Origin: Dickeya solani IPO 2222
Lineage (GTDB): Bacteria > Pseudomonadota > Gammaproteobacteria > Enterobacterales > Enterobacteriaceae
Assembly: GCF_001644705.1 (NCBI RefSeq)
Contig: NZ_CP015137.1
Location: 1,440,001-1,472,000 of the forward strand
Direction: 5' to 3'
Length of the DNA stretch: 32,000 nt
Below, piece by piece: positions 1 through 9,722 of this stretch. Under the pieces are notes generated by a model that was given only the letters and a program-made list of their open reading frames with translations, was not told where the DNA came from and did not search any database. Made by a program: the position numbers and the translations under genes. Positions within the stretch are counted from its first letter, which is position 1; every line of letters begins with the position of its first letter.

Positions 1-1008
1 GACAAGCAGTATCACGGCGAAATGGAATGGATGGTGCGCCACGGCATGATGCGGGCCCGCCCGCATGAGCTTCTGCCCGGAACATTGCGCGTCATCAGCG
101 TGCGCATGAATTATTTACCGGCCAAAGCTGCGTTTGCCAGTACGCTAAAAAGCCCGTACCTCGGGTACGTCAGCCGCTACGCGCTGGGGCGCGACTATCA
201 TAAGTTGCTGCGTCGACGGCTGAAAAAGTTGGGTGACCGAATTCAGGCGCACTGCGGCGAGTTGCAGTTTCGTCCCTTTGTCGATTCCGCACCGATCATG
301 GAACGGCCACTGGCCGCCAAAGCCGGGCTTGGGTGGGTTGGCAAGCACTCACTGGTGTTGAACCGGGAAGCGGGTTCCTGGTTCTTTCTGGGGGAACTGC
401 TGATTGACCTGCCCTTACCGGTAGACCAGCCGGTTGAAGAGCAGTGTGGTAAATGCGTAGCCTGCATGACTACCTGCCCTACCGGCGCGATTGTCGAGCC
501 TTATACGATTGATGCCCGCCGTTGTATTTCCTACCTGACCATTGAGCTGGAAGGCCCAATTCCGGAGACTCTGCGTCCTTTAATGGGGAATCGCATCTAC
601 GGCTGTGACGATTGTCAGTTGATTTGTCCCTGGAATCGCTTCTCGCAACTTACCGATGAACCTGATTTCAGCCCGCGGGCTGCCTTGCATGCACCGGAGT
701 TACTGGCGCTGTTTAGTTGGGATGAAACCCGTTTTTTGCGGGTAACTGAAGGTTCCGCGATCCGGCGCATCGGCCACGAACGCTGGCTACGCAATATCGC
801 CGTCGCACTGGGCAACGCGCCCTACGAAGATCGGATCATACTGGCGCTACAGGGTAGGCTGGGGGAAAGTACCTTGCTGGACGAGCATATTCATTGGGCC
901 ATCGACCAACAGTTAACCCGACGCGGTCAACAATCCATTGACGTTCAGCCGCCGCAAAAGAAACGGTTAATCCGTGCGATAGAGAAAGGTTTGCCGCGAG
1001 ACGCCTGA
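1..1008 (+). CDS. queG: Epoxyqueuosine reductase QueG, 5' end cut by the window edge
   Basis: The frame is open from base 1 (DKQYHGEMEWMVRHGM...). It is colinear by eye with E. coli QueG/YjeS, including the ferredoxin-type motifs CGKCVACMTTCP and CDDCQLICP and the C-terminal IEKGLPRDA. Confidence 0.92.
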   Translation, partial: DKQYHGEMEWMVRHGMMRARPHELLPGTLRVISVRMNYLPAKAAFASTLKSPYLGYVSRYALGRDYHKLLRRRLKKLGDRIQAHCGELQFRPFVDSAPIMERPLAAKAGLGWVGKHSLVLNREAGSWFFLGELLIDLPLPVDQPVEEQCGKCVACMTTCPTGAIVEPYTIDARRCISYLTIELEGPIPETLRPLMGNRIYGCDDCQLICPWNRFSQLTDEPDFSPRAALHAPELLALFSWDETRFLRVTEGSAIRRIGHERWLRNIAVALGNAPYEDRIILALQGRLGESTLLDEHIHWAIDQQLTRRGQQSIDVQPPQKKRLIRAIEKGLPRDA

Positions 1009-1290
1009 GATTTTGCGTTGCGATTGTTTGACAATTCTGAACCATCCATCTGTGGATAATTTTAAAAAAGCGTTGTCAATCAATCATCACAAAAAGTACA
1101 AGTGATCTGGATAGCGTTTTTTATCATAAATTTATCTTTTTATTTCAATATCTTGAAATAATATCTTTTTCATGACATTTCCAAACGGACGCACACAACC
1201 GGTTTTCAGGCTGTGGATAAGTCTGTTCAGAAAAGTATGAACACATGCAGGAAAACTGTATAACAATGAAGAGATGAAGAAGCGTAAAAC

Positions 1291-1366
<76 letters not shown>

Positions 1367-1546
1367 ACACGCAACGCTTAAGTATCGACGCTTTTCCGCC
1401 AAACGCAAACTGACGTGATCACATTTTGCGCTACCTCTATGGCGCCACAGCTAACTTATTGATTTTACTGTGTTTTGAAAGCTGTACCGCAAAGAGGGCA
1501 GTATTATGAACCAATCTTTCTATTCTGACAAGGGGGACAAACAATT

Positions 1547-1584
1547 TTCTTTGAGCCACGCAGACTTCTTTGAGCCACGCAGAC
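1547..1584. repeat. Perfect 19-bp tandem duplication (ttctttgagccacgcagac x2)
   Basis: Read directly: 1547-1565 is identical to 1566-1584. Confidence 0.9.
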
Positions 1585-1893
1585 GCCCGGTAAGTGGTTT
1601 CATCCGTCAGCCATCACCGACCCCGCCACACTCTGACGATGACGTAAAAACTTAATATTGCCTGACTTTTGAAATAAGGAAGCGCTGTCCTATTTCAGAG
1701 CATACTATCCATAGAGAGTAAACGATAAGAATTCTTATTCTCGAACATGGCAAATAGGAAAATCACCACTAAAAAAAGTCTGTCATTGCTGTAAAATAAT
1801 GACTTAACCTGTAAAATCGGGACAGTAAAAGATAGGTACTGAACATAGACGATGCAGGCGCATCTGCTTGATATATATAAACCCCATACAATT

Positions 1894-1931
1894 CAGAGCT
1901 TTGGCAACTGTGAGCCAAGGGCGGTAGCTTG
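1894..1931 (+). promoter_or_regulatory. JUMPStart element containing the ops site (GGCGGTAG at 1920-1927) for RfaH recruitment
   Basis: cagagctttggcaactgtgagccaagggcggtagcttg closely matches the 39-bp JUMPStart consensus (CAGTGCTCTGGTAGCTGT.AAGCCAGGGGCGGTAGCGTG). It lies about 75 nt upstream of the manC ATG. Confidence 0.85.
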
Positions 1932-2003
1932 TCTGAATTAATATATCCCCAAGCGATTCGAAAAACCCTTTTTCGAACGGAAAATAATCAAGGTTATTAC
2001 AAG

Positions 2004-3401
2004 ATGTTACTCCCCGTAATCATGGCTGGTGGTACAGGTAGTCGCCTGTGGCCGCTTTCACGTGAGCTTTATCCCAAGCAGTTCATTTGTCTCCACGGTC
2101 AGAACTCCATGCTGCAGGAAACGGTTAACCGCCTGAGTGGTATTGAAACGCGAGCGCCTGTAGTGATCTGCAACGAAGAACACCGTTTCCTGGTTGCAGA
2201 GCAGTTGAGACAAATTAACCAGCTATCCAACAATATCATTCTGGAACCTGCGGGGCGTAATACCGCTCCGGCGATCGCGCTAGCTGCACTGAACGCGATC
2301 AGACAGGGAGAAGACCCTCTCCTTTTGGTGCTGGCCGCCGACCACATCATTGAAAATACAGCCGCATTCCACTCCTCCATCAAAAAAGCCATTGCTTACG
2401 CCCAGAAAGGGAGTTTGGTCACGTTTGGTATCGTCCCTACCGGCCCTGAGACCGGCTATGGATATATTCAGCGCGGCGAAAAATTACCCGGTGACGAATC
2501 CTCGCCTCATAAGGTTTTACGGTTTGTTGAAAAACCAAGTCTCGAGATTGCAGAGGAATATTTACAATCGGGCGAATATTACTGGAATAGCGGTATGTTC
2601 ATGTTCCGCGCCAAACGTTATTTGCAGGAACTGGAAAAATTCCGCCCCGATATTTTGAAAGCGTGCCAATTATCTATTGATGGCGTTAGTCAGCAAGGGG
2701 ACTTTATTAATGTCCAGACCGAGCACTTTATTACCTGCCCGGACGAGTCCATCGATTACGCTGTCATGGAAAAAACGGAAGACGCCGTTGTTGTTCCTTT
2801 AGACGCAGGATGGAGCGACGTCGGTTCCTGGTCGGCGCTGTGGGAAGTCAATGACAAAGACGACAACGGCAACTCGCTGAAAGGCGACACCTTCCTGCAT
2901 AACACCAAGAACTGTTATATCAATACCGATGACCAGTTGGTTGCCGCAATCGGCGTTGATAACCTGGTAATCGTAAATACCAAAGATGCCGTACTGGTCG
3001 TCCAGAAAGACCAGGTTCAGGATGTAAAACGGGTGGTTGAATTCCTGAAAGAAAAATGCCGCCGCGAATACCGCCGTCACCGGGAAACGTATTGGCCCTG
3101 GGGGCGCTGCGACCTGATTGTCCGCACCGACAGATTTAATGTTAACCGCATTACCGTGAAACCCGGCGAGTCATTCCCATTACAGATGCATTATCACCGC
3201 ACCGAGCATTGGGTCATTCTGTCTGGTACGGCCAAGGTGACGATTCAGGACAAAACCCAGCTATTAACTGAGAATCAATCCACTTTTATCCCAATTGGCG
3301 CTATGCATAAGCTTGAGAATCCTGGGAAGATCCCGCTGGAAATGCTGGAAATCCAGTCTGGTTCCTATTTGGGTGATGATGATTTTATTGAAATCAACTG
3401 A
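2004..3401 (+). CDS. manC: Mannose-1-phosphate guanylyltransferase / mannose-6-phosphate isomerase (bifunctional ManC/CpsB type)
   Basis: [20 protein letters not shown]...[11 protein letters not shown] is colinear with E. coli CpsB, and a C-terminal cupin region is present. The tracked TTG at 1929 overlaps the JUMPStart element, so I take ATG 2004 as the start. Confidence 0.9.
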   Translation: MLLPVIMAGGTGSRLWPLSRELYPKQFICLHGQNSMLQETVNRLSGIETRAPVVICNEEHRFLVAEQLRQINQLSNNIILEPAGRNTAPAIALAALNAIRQGEDPLLLVLAADHIIENTAAFHSSIKKAIAYAQKGSLVTFGIVPTGPETGYGYIQRGEKLPGDESSPHKVLRFVEKPSLEIAEEYLQSGEYYWNSGMFMFRAKRYLQELEKFRPDILKACQLSIDGVSQQGDFINVQTEHFITCPDESIDYAVMEKTEDAVVVPLDAGWSDVGSWSALWEVNDKDDNGNSLKGDTFLHNTKNCYINTDDQLVAAIGVDNLVIVNTKDAVLVVQKDQVQDVKRVVEFLKEKCRREYRRHRETYWPWGRCDLIVRTDRFNVNRITVKPGESFPLQMHYHRTEHWVILSGTAKVTIQDKTQLLTENQSTFIPIGAMHKLENPGKIPLEMLEIQSGSYLGDDDFIEIN

Positions 3402-3425
3402 TAATCAAAATTTCAGAAGGGATAT

Positions 3426-4799
3426 ATGTCAGCATTAACGTGTTTCAAAGCCTATGATATTCGCGGTGAATTAGGCAAAGAGTTGAATGAAGATATCGCT
3501 TATCGCATCGGTCGGGCCTATGGGCAATTCCTTTCACCCAAAACGGTAGTCGTAGGCGGAGATGTTCGTCTAACCAGCGAATCCCTTAAAATGGCGCTGG
3601 CAAACGGATTGATGGACTCTGGCGCCGATGTGCTGGATATCGGGTTAAGCGGCACGGAAGAGGTGTATTTCACCACTTTCCACCTGAACCTTGATGGCGG
3701 TATTGAGGTCACAGCCAGCCATAACCCAATGAATTACAACGGCATGAAATTAGTCCGGGATAATGCAAAGCCGATCAGCGGCGACACTGGGTTACGAGAT
3801 ATTCAGCGGCTGGCGGAAGAAAACACGTTCCCTGCGGTTGATCCGCAAAAGCGCGGTTCTTATAAGAAGATCGATATACTGAATGCGTATGTCGACCATC
3901 TAATGAGCTATATCGATCTCAACAATTTCACGCAACCGCTCAAGCTGGTAATCAACTCTGGCAATGGCGCCGCGGGTCATGTTATCGATGAAATCGAGAA
4001 ACGATTCAAGCAAGCCAATGCTCCGGTTGAATTTATCAAGGTACACCATCAGGCGGATGGTAATTTCCCTAATGGTATCCCGAACCCTCTTCTGCCTGAA
4101 TGCCGCAAAGATACGTCTGATGCCATGCTCAAGCATAATGCGGATATGGGCGTTGCGTTCGACGGAGATTTTGATCGCTGCTTCCTTTATGATAATCATG
4201 CCGAGTTTATCGAGGGTTACTACATTGTCGGTTTACTCGCCGAAGCTTTTCTGCAGAAAGAATCTGGCGCAAAAATCATCCATGACCCACGTCTAACCTG
4301 GAATACGATTGATATCGTTAAGAAAACTGGCGGTGTTCCCGTCATGTCAAAAACCGGTCATGCGTTCATCAAAGAGCGGATGCGCAGCGAAAACGCCATT
4401 TATGGCGGCGAAATGAGCGCACACCACTACTTCAGAGATTTCGCCTACTGCGATAGCGGTATGATCCCCTGGTTGCTGGTGGCGGAGTTACTGTGTATTA
4501 AAAAAACCACGCTTTCAGATACCCTGAATGAAAGAGTGAATTTATTCCCATGCAGCGGGGAAATAAATTATCGCGTTGAAAATTCAAAAGAAATCCTGTC
4601 CCGGATTGAAGAAGTTTATGTGGGTAACGCCAAGCGCGCAGAATATGTTGATGGAGTGAGTATTGAATATGAGGATTTTAGATTCAATGTCCGTGTTTCC
4701 AACACTGAACCGCTCCTGAGACTAAATGTAGAAACCAACAACAGCAGCGAGTTACTGCGTGCCGAAGTTGAGAAGCTAGATAAAATTATTAAATCTTAA
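3426..4799 (+). CDS. manB: Phosphomannomutase
   Basis: The N-terminus FKAYDIRG, the active-site loop [13 protein letters not shown] and the metal loop FDGDFDRC are typical of ManB/CpsG. Confidence 0.92.
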   Translation: MSALTCFKAYDIRGELGKELNEDIAYRIGRAYGQFLSPKTVVVGGDVRLTSESLKMALANGLMDSGADVLDIGLSGTEEVYFTTFHLNLDGGIEVTASHNPMNYNGMKLVRDNAKPISGDTGLRDIQRLAEENTFPAVDPQKRGSYKKIDILNAYVDHLMSYIDLNNFTQPLKLVINSGNGAAGHVIDEIEKRFKQANAPVEFIKVHHQADGNFPNGIPNPLLPECRKDTSDAMLKHNADMGVAFDGDFDRCFLYDNHAEFIEGYYIVGLLAEAFLQKESGAKIIHDPRLTWNTIDIVKKTGGVPVMSKTGHAFIKERMRSENAIYGGEMSAHHYFRDFAYCDSGMIPWLLVAELLCIKKTTLSDTLNERVNLFPCSGEINYRVENSKEILSRIEEVYVGNAKRAEYVDGVSIEYEDFRFNVRVSNTEPLLRLNVETNNSSELLRAEVEKLDKIIKS

Positions 4800-4834
4800 T
4801 ATCAAGACAGTAAAATAATATTGGAGAATTATAG

Positions 4835-5953
4835 ATGAAGAAAGTTGCTTTGATTTCCGGTGTAACCGGGCAGGATGGTTCTTATCTTGCTGAGTTCCTT
4901 TTGGAAAAAGGTTACGAAGTTCACGGTATTAAGCGCCGTTCATCACTCTTTAATACACAGCGTGTTGACCATTTGTATCAGGATCCGCATGAAGAGAATG
5001 TGAAATTCAATCTTCATTATGGCGATCTGACTGATACCTCCAACCTGACTCGTATTATTGCTGAAGTTCAGCCTGACGAAATTTACAACCTGGGCGCACA
5101 GTCACACGTTGCGGTCAGCTTCGAATCCCCAGAATACACTGCGGATGTTGATGCTATCGGTACGCTCCGCCTGCTGGAATCTATCCGTTTCCTGGGCCTG
5201 GCCGACAAGACCCGTTTCTATCAGGCATCAACCTCTGAACTGTATGGTCTGGTGCAGGAAATCCCGCAGAAAGAAACCACGCCGTTCTACCCGAGAAGCC
5301 CGTACGCCGTAGCTAAAATGTACGCTTACTGGATTACAGTAAACTACAGAGAATCCTATGGCATGTACGCCTGTAACGGCATCCTCTTCAACCATGAATC
5401 TCCGCGTCGCGGCGAAACGTTTGTGACTCGTAAAATCACACGCGGCCTGTCCAACATCGCACAAGGCCTGGAAAAATGCATTTACATGGGCAACCTCGAT
5501 TCTCTGCGCGACTGGGGCCATGCTCGTGACTACGTCAAAATGCAGTGGATGATGCTGCAGCAGGAAAAACCGGAAGACTTCGTCATCGCGACCGGCGTTC
5601 AGTATAGCGTACGTGACTTCATCAGAATGTCCGCGGCCAAACTGGGTATTGAACTGGAATTCACCGGTACTGGCGTCAACGAAAAAGCCGTGGTATCCAA
5701 AATCACGGGCAATAATGCGCCGGCACTGAAAGTCGGTGATGTGATCGTGGCTGTCGACCCGCGTTACTTCCGCCCTGCAGAAGTAGAGACGCTGCTGGGT
5801 GACCCGAGTAAAGCCAAAAACATACTGGGCTGGGTACCGGAAACGACACTGGAAGAAATGATCGATGAAATGGTCGCTTATGACCTGGAAAAAGCCAAGC
5901 AGTTCGCTTTGCTGAAATCCAACGGTTACGATGTCAGCGTAAGCGTAGAATAA
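4835..5953 (+). CDS. gmd: GDP-mannose 4,6-dehydratase
   Basis: [37 protein letters not shown]..., YAVAK (YxxxK) and [17 protein letters not shown] are near-canonical Gmd motifs. Confidence 0.95.
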   Translation: MKKVALISGVTGQDGSYLAEFLLEKGYEVHGIKRRSSLFNTQRVDHLYQDPHEENVKFNLHYGDLTDTSNLTRIIAEVQPDEIYNLGAQSHVAVSFESPEYTADVDAIGTLRLLESIRFLGLADKTRFYQASTSELYGLVQEIPQKETTPFYPRSPYAVAKMYAYWITVNYRESYGMYACNGILFNHESPRRGETFVTRKITRGLSNIAQGLEKCIYMGNLDSLRDWGHARDYVKMQWMMLQQEKPEDFVIATGVQYSVRDFIRMSAAKLGIELEFTGTGVNEKAVVSKITGNNAPALKVGDVIVAVDPRYFRPAEVETLLGDPSKAKNILGWVPETTLEEMIDEMVAYDLEKAKQFALLKSNGYDVSVSVE

Positions 5954-5970
5954 TTCGATAAAACAAATTA

Positions 5971-5995
5971 AAAGAGCTGTATTAATCAGCTCTTT
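5971..5995 (+). terminator. Intra-operon hairpin (aaagagctg / cagctcttt, 7-nt loop) followed by a short T/A tail
   Basis: A perfect 9-bp stem read directly. It sits between gmd and wzm, at the point where GC content drops. Confidence 0.45.
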
Positions 5996-6017
5996 TATTA
6001 ATTTGGGCACTTCCTAC

Positions 6018-6791
6018 ATGTTAAATGACCTAAAATCAGCTTTAAAGAACCCGGAGTCGTGGGTAGTCTTATCCTGGTATGATATTAAGCAGAGATATAA
6101 ACGTTCAACACTAGGCCCTTTCTGGGTAACAATCAGCACTGCTATTCTGGTCGGGATGTTGAGCTTATTATGGTCAACTCTCTTTAAGTTGGATGTAAAA
6201 GATTACCTTCCTTTTTTCTGTATAGGCCAGGTATTCTGGACATATATCTCTACCCAACTGACAGAAGCCAGTAACGGTTTTATTCAGTTTGATTATATAA
6301 TACGCCAGTCGAAAATATCTTTCACATCAATAATGTTAAGAATACTAAGTAGAAACATTATTGTTTTCCTTCACAACTTCATCATTATTATCTTTGTTAT
6401 TACCTTTGTTGGTCCGGGATGGACTTTTACCGCCCTGCTATCCATTATAGGGTTTGTATTGCTATCAGTGGCATTAGTCTCAAGCTCTCTGATATTAGGT
6501 GTCATATGTACCCGATTCAGAGATATGCAGATGATTATTCAAAACATTCTGCTAGTCAGTTTCTACTTTACTCCAATTATGTGGAAAACAGATCAACTGA
6601 ATGAACAATGGCTTTATTGGGTGCAATTCAATCCATTAGTTCACTTCTTTAACATCATCCGTGAGCCCATGCTTGGTCATTTGCCAGACCAGAATTCAAT
6701 AATCATCGCTACCGCGATAACTGTTGTTCTGTTTATACTGTCAATGATAACTCTCAATAAGACTAAAACCAAGATCGCATACTGGCTTTAA
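6018..6791 (+). CDS. wzm: O-antigen/polysaccharide ABC-2 type exporter permease
   Basis: A multi-span hydrophobic protein of about 257 aa immediately upstream of wzt, with an ABC-2 (Wzm/KpsM/TagG)-like layout. ATG 6018 is preferred over the tracked TTG 6003. Confidence 0.85.
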   Translation: MLNDLKSALKNPESWVVLSWYDIKQRYKRSTLGPFWVTISTAILVGMLSLLWSTLFKLDVKDYLPFFCIGQVFWTYISTQLTEASNGFIQFDYIIRQSKISFTSIMLRILSRNIIVFLHNFIIIIFVITFVGPGWTFTALLSIIGFVLLSVALVSSSLILGVICTRFRDMQMIIQNILLVSFYFTPIMWKTDQLNEQWLYWVQFNPLVHFFNIIREPMLGHLPDQNSIIIATAITVVLFILSMITLNKTKTKIAYWL

Positions 6792-6794
6792 TAT

Positions 6795-7526
6795 ATGAAG
6801 AAAATAATTGAGGCGGTAAACGTCAGCGTTGAGTTTCCGATATATTCATCATCCCAGCGAAGCCTGAAAAAGATGCTTTTCAAGCGTACCGTTGGGGGAG
6901 GATTCAACGATAGCACAAGTTATGTCACGGTTAAGGCCCTGAATAACGTCTCCTTTGATGTACATGAAGGCGAACGGGTCGCACTGATAGGACATAACGG
7001 TGCAGGGAAAACTACGCTGTTACGAGTTCTGGCCGGTGTCTATCACCCCTCTTCCGGCGCTATCAATATTGCAGGGGAGGTTGTCTCCCTCATCGATATG
7101 GCAATGGGAATGGACAGTGAGGCGACGGGATACCAGAATATTTATATACGAGGAATCCTGCTTGGTTTGAAAAGGAAAGAAATTGCCAAGCATATCGATT
7201 ACATTATCGAATTCAGTGAACTCGGTGATTATATCAATCTCCCCGTCAGAACCTATTCCAGTGGTATGTTGTTACGACTTGCCTTCTCTATCATCTCTAT
7301 CCTGAACCCTAGTGTTCTGCTGATGGATGAATGGCTGACCGTTGGCGATACCTATTTCAGAGAAAAAATGGGGAAAAAACTGGAAGAGATGATCAACAAT
7401 ACATCTGTTCTGGTGCTAGCCTCTCACTCTAAAGATATTATCAAAAAATACTGTAATAGGTTCCTCTTACTACAGAACGGAAGTATTACAGAACTGGCAC
7501 TCTCTGATTTAGATAATTATCTATAA
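6795..7526 (+). CDS. wzt: O-antigen exporter ATP-binding protein, nucleotide-binding domain only (243 aa)
   Basis: Walker A GHNGAGKTT, signature YSSGMLLRLAF and Walker B LLMDEW are typical of the Wzt/KpsT/TagH family. There is no C-terminal extension. Confidence 0.9.
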   Translation: MKKIIEAVNVSVEFPIYSSSQRSLKKMLFKRTVGGGFNDSTSYVTVKALNNVSFDVHEGERVALIGHNGAGKTTLLRVLAGVYHPSSGAINIAGEVVSLIDMAMGMDSEATGYQNIYIRGILLGLKRKEIAKHIDYIIEFSELGDYINLPVRTYSSGMLLRLAFSIISILNPSVLLMDEWLTVGDTYFREKMGKKLEEMINNTSVLVLASHSKDIIKKYCNRFLLLQNGSITELALSDLDNYL

Positions 7527-7536
7527 TGGTGAATAA

Positions 7537-8475
7537 ATGGAAAGGAAGAGCAAGATTTTAATCACTGGCGCAGGCGGTGTCTTAGGATATGGCTTAATCG
7601 ATGCGCTGGCAAAAAATGGTTATGATAATGTACTCACACCAAATAGAAATGAGATGAACTGCCTGAGTCAGGAAAGCGTTGATGATTATTTCAATCAGCA
7701 CCAACCTGATTATGTTTTCCATCTGGCATCGCTCGTATTCGGTTTGAAAGGAAATCTGGATAACCAGCTAAAATCGATATCCAACAATACCATTATCAAC
7801 CAGAACGTTATTCTGGCTTGCCATAAATTTAACGTAAAGAAAATCTTCTTTGCGGGTACCGTCGCCTCTTATCCTTTCCCGTATATTCAGCTACCATTGG
7901 ATGAAGGTGATTTGATGTTGGGTGAGCCTCATGGAGGCGAGTATGGCTATGCCATGTCCAAACGGCATGCTCTGGCCTATCTTAAAATATTAAACCAGTA
8001 TCATAACGTTGATTATTGTTATGCCCTGTTCACCAACTTGTTTGGCGCAAACGATAAGTTTGACCCAATCAATGGACATGTCATTCCTTCATTGATCGAT
8101 AAAACATACAACAGTTTGCTACGCGGTGATAATCAACTGACAGTATGGGGTAGACCTGAGACGACACGAGATTTCTTATACAATAAGCAGGCTGGTCTGG
8201 CTGCACTACACGTCATGAACAATCTGAGCGGTATGGTCAATATTGCCAGCGGCATAGAAACGTCAATGGGAGATATCGTCAACGCGATTGCCAGTTATTA
8301 TGATAACAAAATAACGGCAGTGTGGGACGCGAACGCTCCGATCGGAATTCCGAAAAGAAGTGTATCAATAAAGCGCTTGAATGATTCAGGCTTTCAACCA
8401 GAGTTTGATTTAAACCTGCAAATCTCAGATACAATTTCTTGGTATGAGAACAATGTTTCCAGGATAAGAAAATGA
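7537..8475 (+). CDS. GDP-4-keto-6-deoxy-D-mannose reductase/epimerase family SDR (Fcl/GMER-like)
   Basis: Rossmann motif ITGAGGVLG, YAMSK (YxxxK), NLFGANDKFDPINGHVIPSLI and TVWGRPETTRDFLY align without gaps to my recollection of E. coli Fcl. See the finding on the missing catalytic Cys. Confidence 0.8.
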   Translation: MERKSKILITGAGGVLGYGLIDALAKNGYDNVLTPNRNEMNCLSQESVDDYFNQHQPDYVFHLASLVFGLKGNLDNQLKSISNNTIINQNVILACHKFNVKKIFFAGTVASYPFPYIQLPLDEGDLMLGEPHGGEYGYAMSKRHALAYLKILNQYHNVDYCYALFTNLFGANDKFDPINGHVIPSLIDKTYNSLLRGDNQLTVWGRPETTRDFLYNKQAGLAALHVMNNLSGMVNIASGIETSMGDIVNAIASYYDNKITAVWDANAPIGIPKRSVSIKRLNDSGFQPEFDLNLQISDTISWYENNVSRIRK

Positions 8476-9671
8476 AAAAAATAGCTATAATTTCCAGCTT
8501 CTCCGAAAGCTGTGGCAACGCTTATTTTACAAGAATTTTAATGGACTCCATGACAGATGCTGGTGTTCAGGTTGAGTGTCTCAGCTTAAACTTATTGTTA
8601 ACTCAATCGGTTAACCCTGAGGTCAGAAAGAAAGCCGACAAACATATCGACGATCTGTGTGAAAAACTCAAACAGTTTGACGGTGTGAATATTCAGTTTG
8701 AAGCCGGACTCTATGGCACTATCCCATCCGATATCATCAAGCGCACATTAAAGCTGGTTTCCGCCAACCCGCACACCAGCGTGACGTTGCATAGCCCAAG
8801 ACTGGTTAGCGATAGCGCGTCACAGCGCGAAGCCATTAAACAGGCTCTCAAGCTGCGCGTCAAAACAGCCATCAGGATGTATTTCGCCGAACTCAGACGT
8901 AACGTGTCGACCCGGCTGAACGCGACGATTATCAAGAACCTGATCAAGAGAAGAATCAATATCATCGCTCATACTTTAAGAGCGAAGGAACAGATTGAAT
9001 TATTCTTTAATTACGACAACGTTCATGTACATCCGTTGAAAATCGTGGATGAATCACATGAAACATCGCCGGACCTCCTGAAGGCGATTAGAGTAAAATA
9101 TAAATTCCGTGAGAATGATAAAATCATCGGTATGTTTGGCTTTGTGAATGAATACAAAGGCCATTCAATGGCGATTAAGACTTTATCCTGCATGCCGAAA
9201 GGTTATAAGTTAATGATCTTTGGCAGACAGCACCCTCAGACGATCAAGAATAACGAACTGGTTAACCATTACATTTCATCACTTCAGCATCAGATTCATT
9301 GTGATAAAGTGGCGGACCGCGTTTTCTTCATGGGTGAATACGATAACGAAGATTTTATCAACCTTGCAGGATCGGTTGACTATGTTTGGCTGCCATACGT
9401 GGAAAACGGTCAGGACGGTTCCGGTATCGCGTCCATTTGTATGGACGTATCCAAACAAGTGCTGTGCTCTTCGTCATTTGCATTTGATGAATTATTCCGC
9501 CTGATTCCGGATTACAGTAACTATTCACGATTCGATATCGGTAACTATTTAGAACTGGCAACTAAAACAGCGAGATTTATTCCAGCCAAGCCCAAACAAC
9601 CATCATCCGGAGAGAAGCAATATACTCTACGGTCTCAGGCCGAGCTTTATATCAAACTGTCAACAGAATAA
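8472..9671 (+). CDS. Divergent GT-B-like glycosyltransferase (putative)
   Basis: An ATGA overlap couples it to the upstream gene. The N-terminus MKKIAIISSFSESCGNAYF and the mid-protein IGMFGFVNEYKG resemble GT4-type layouts, but the EX7E motif is not clear. The call rests mainly on context. Confidence 0.55.
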   Translation: MKKIAIISSFSESCGNAYFTRILMDSMTDAGVQVECLSLNLLLTQSVNPEVRKKADKHIDDLCEKLKQFDGVNIQFEAGLYGTIPSDIIKRTLKLVSANPHTSVTLHSPRLVSDSASQREAIKQALKLRVKTAIRMYFAELRRNVSTRLNATIIKNLIKRRINIIAHTLRAKEQIELFFNYDNVHVHPLKIVDESHETSPDLLKAIRVKYKFRENDKIIGMFGFVNEYKGHSMAIKTLSCMPKGYKLMIFGRQHPQTIKNNELVNHYISSLQHQIHCDKVADRVFFMGEYDNEDFINLAGSVDYVWLPYVENGQDGSGIASICMDVSKQVLCSSSFAFDELFRLIPDYSNYSRFDIGNYLELATKTARFIPAKPKQPSSGEKQYTLRSQAELYIKLSTE

Positions 9672-9678
9672 AACGAAA

Positions 9679-9703
9679 GAGCCGTCTCTTTATGAGACGG
9701 CTC
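9679..9703 (+). terminator. Hairpin gagccgtctc / gagacggctc (5-nt loop) with a weak T tail, between the two GT genes
   Basis: A perfect 10-bp stem read directly. Confidence 0.4.
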
Positions 9704-9722
9704 GTTATCTTCTGGGAAAAAT

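Noticed and set aside
1840-1893. A sigma-70 promoter for the O-antigen operon just upstream of JUMPStart, in the TTGATA / TATATA region.
   Set aside because: The spacing between candidate -35 and -10 hexamers does not fit well by eye, so I cannot support a specific call without transcription-start data.
1929-2003. N-terminal extensions in the ORF track: manC from TTG 1929, esterase from 21649, ohrR from 22950, nifQ from 31783, SBP1 from 15982, monooxygenase from 14771, wzm from 6003.
   Set aside because: The extensions run into the JUMPStart element, the ERIC repeat, or upstream genes. Internal starts have better RBS spacing and match family N-termini.
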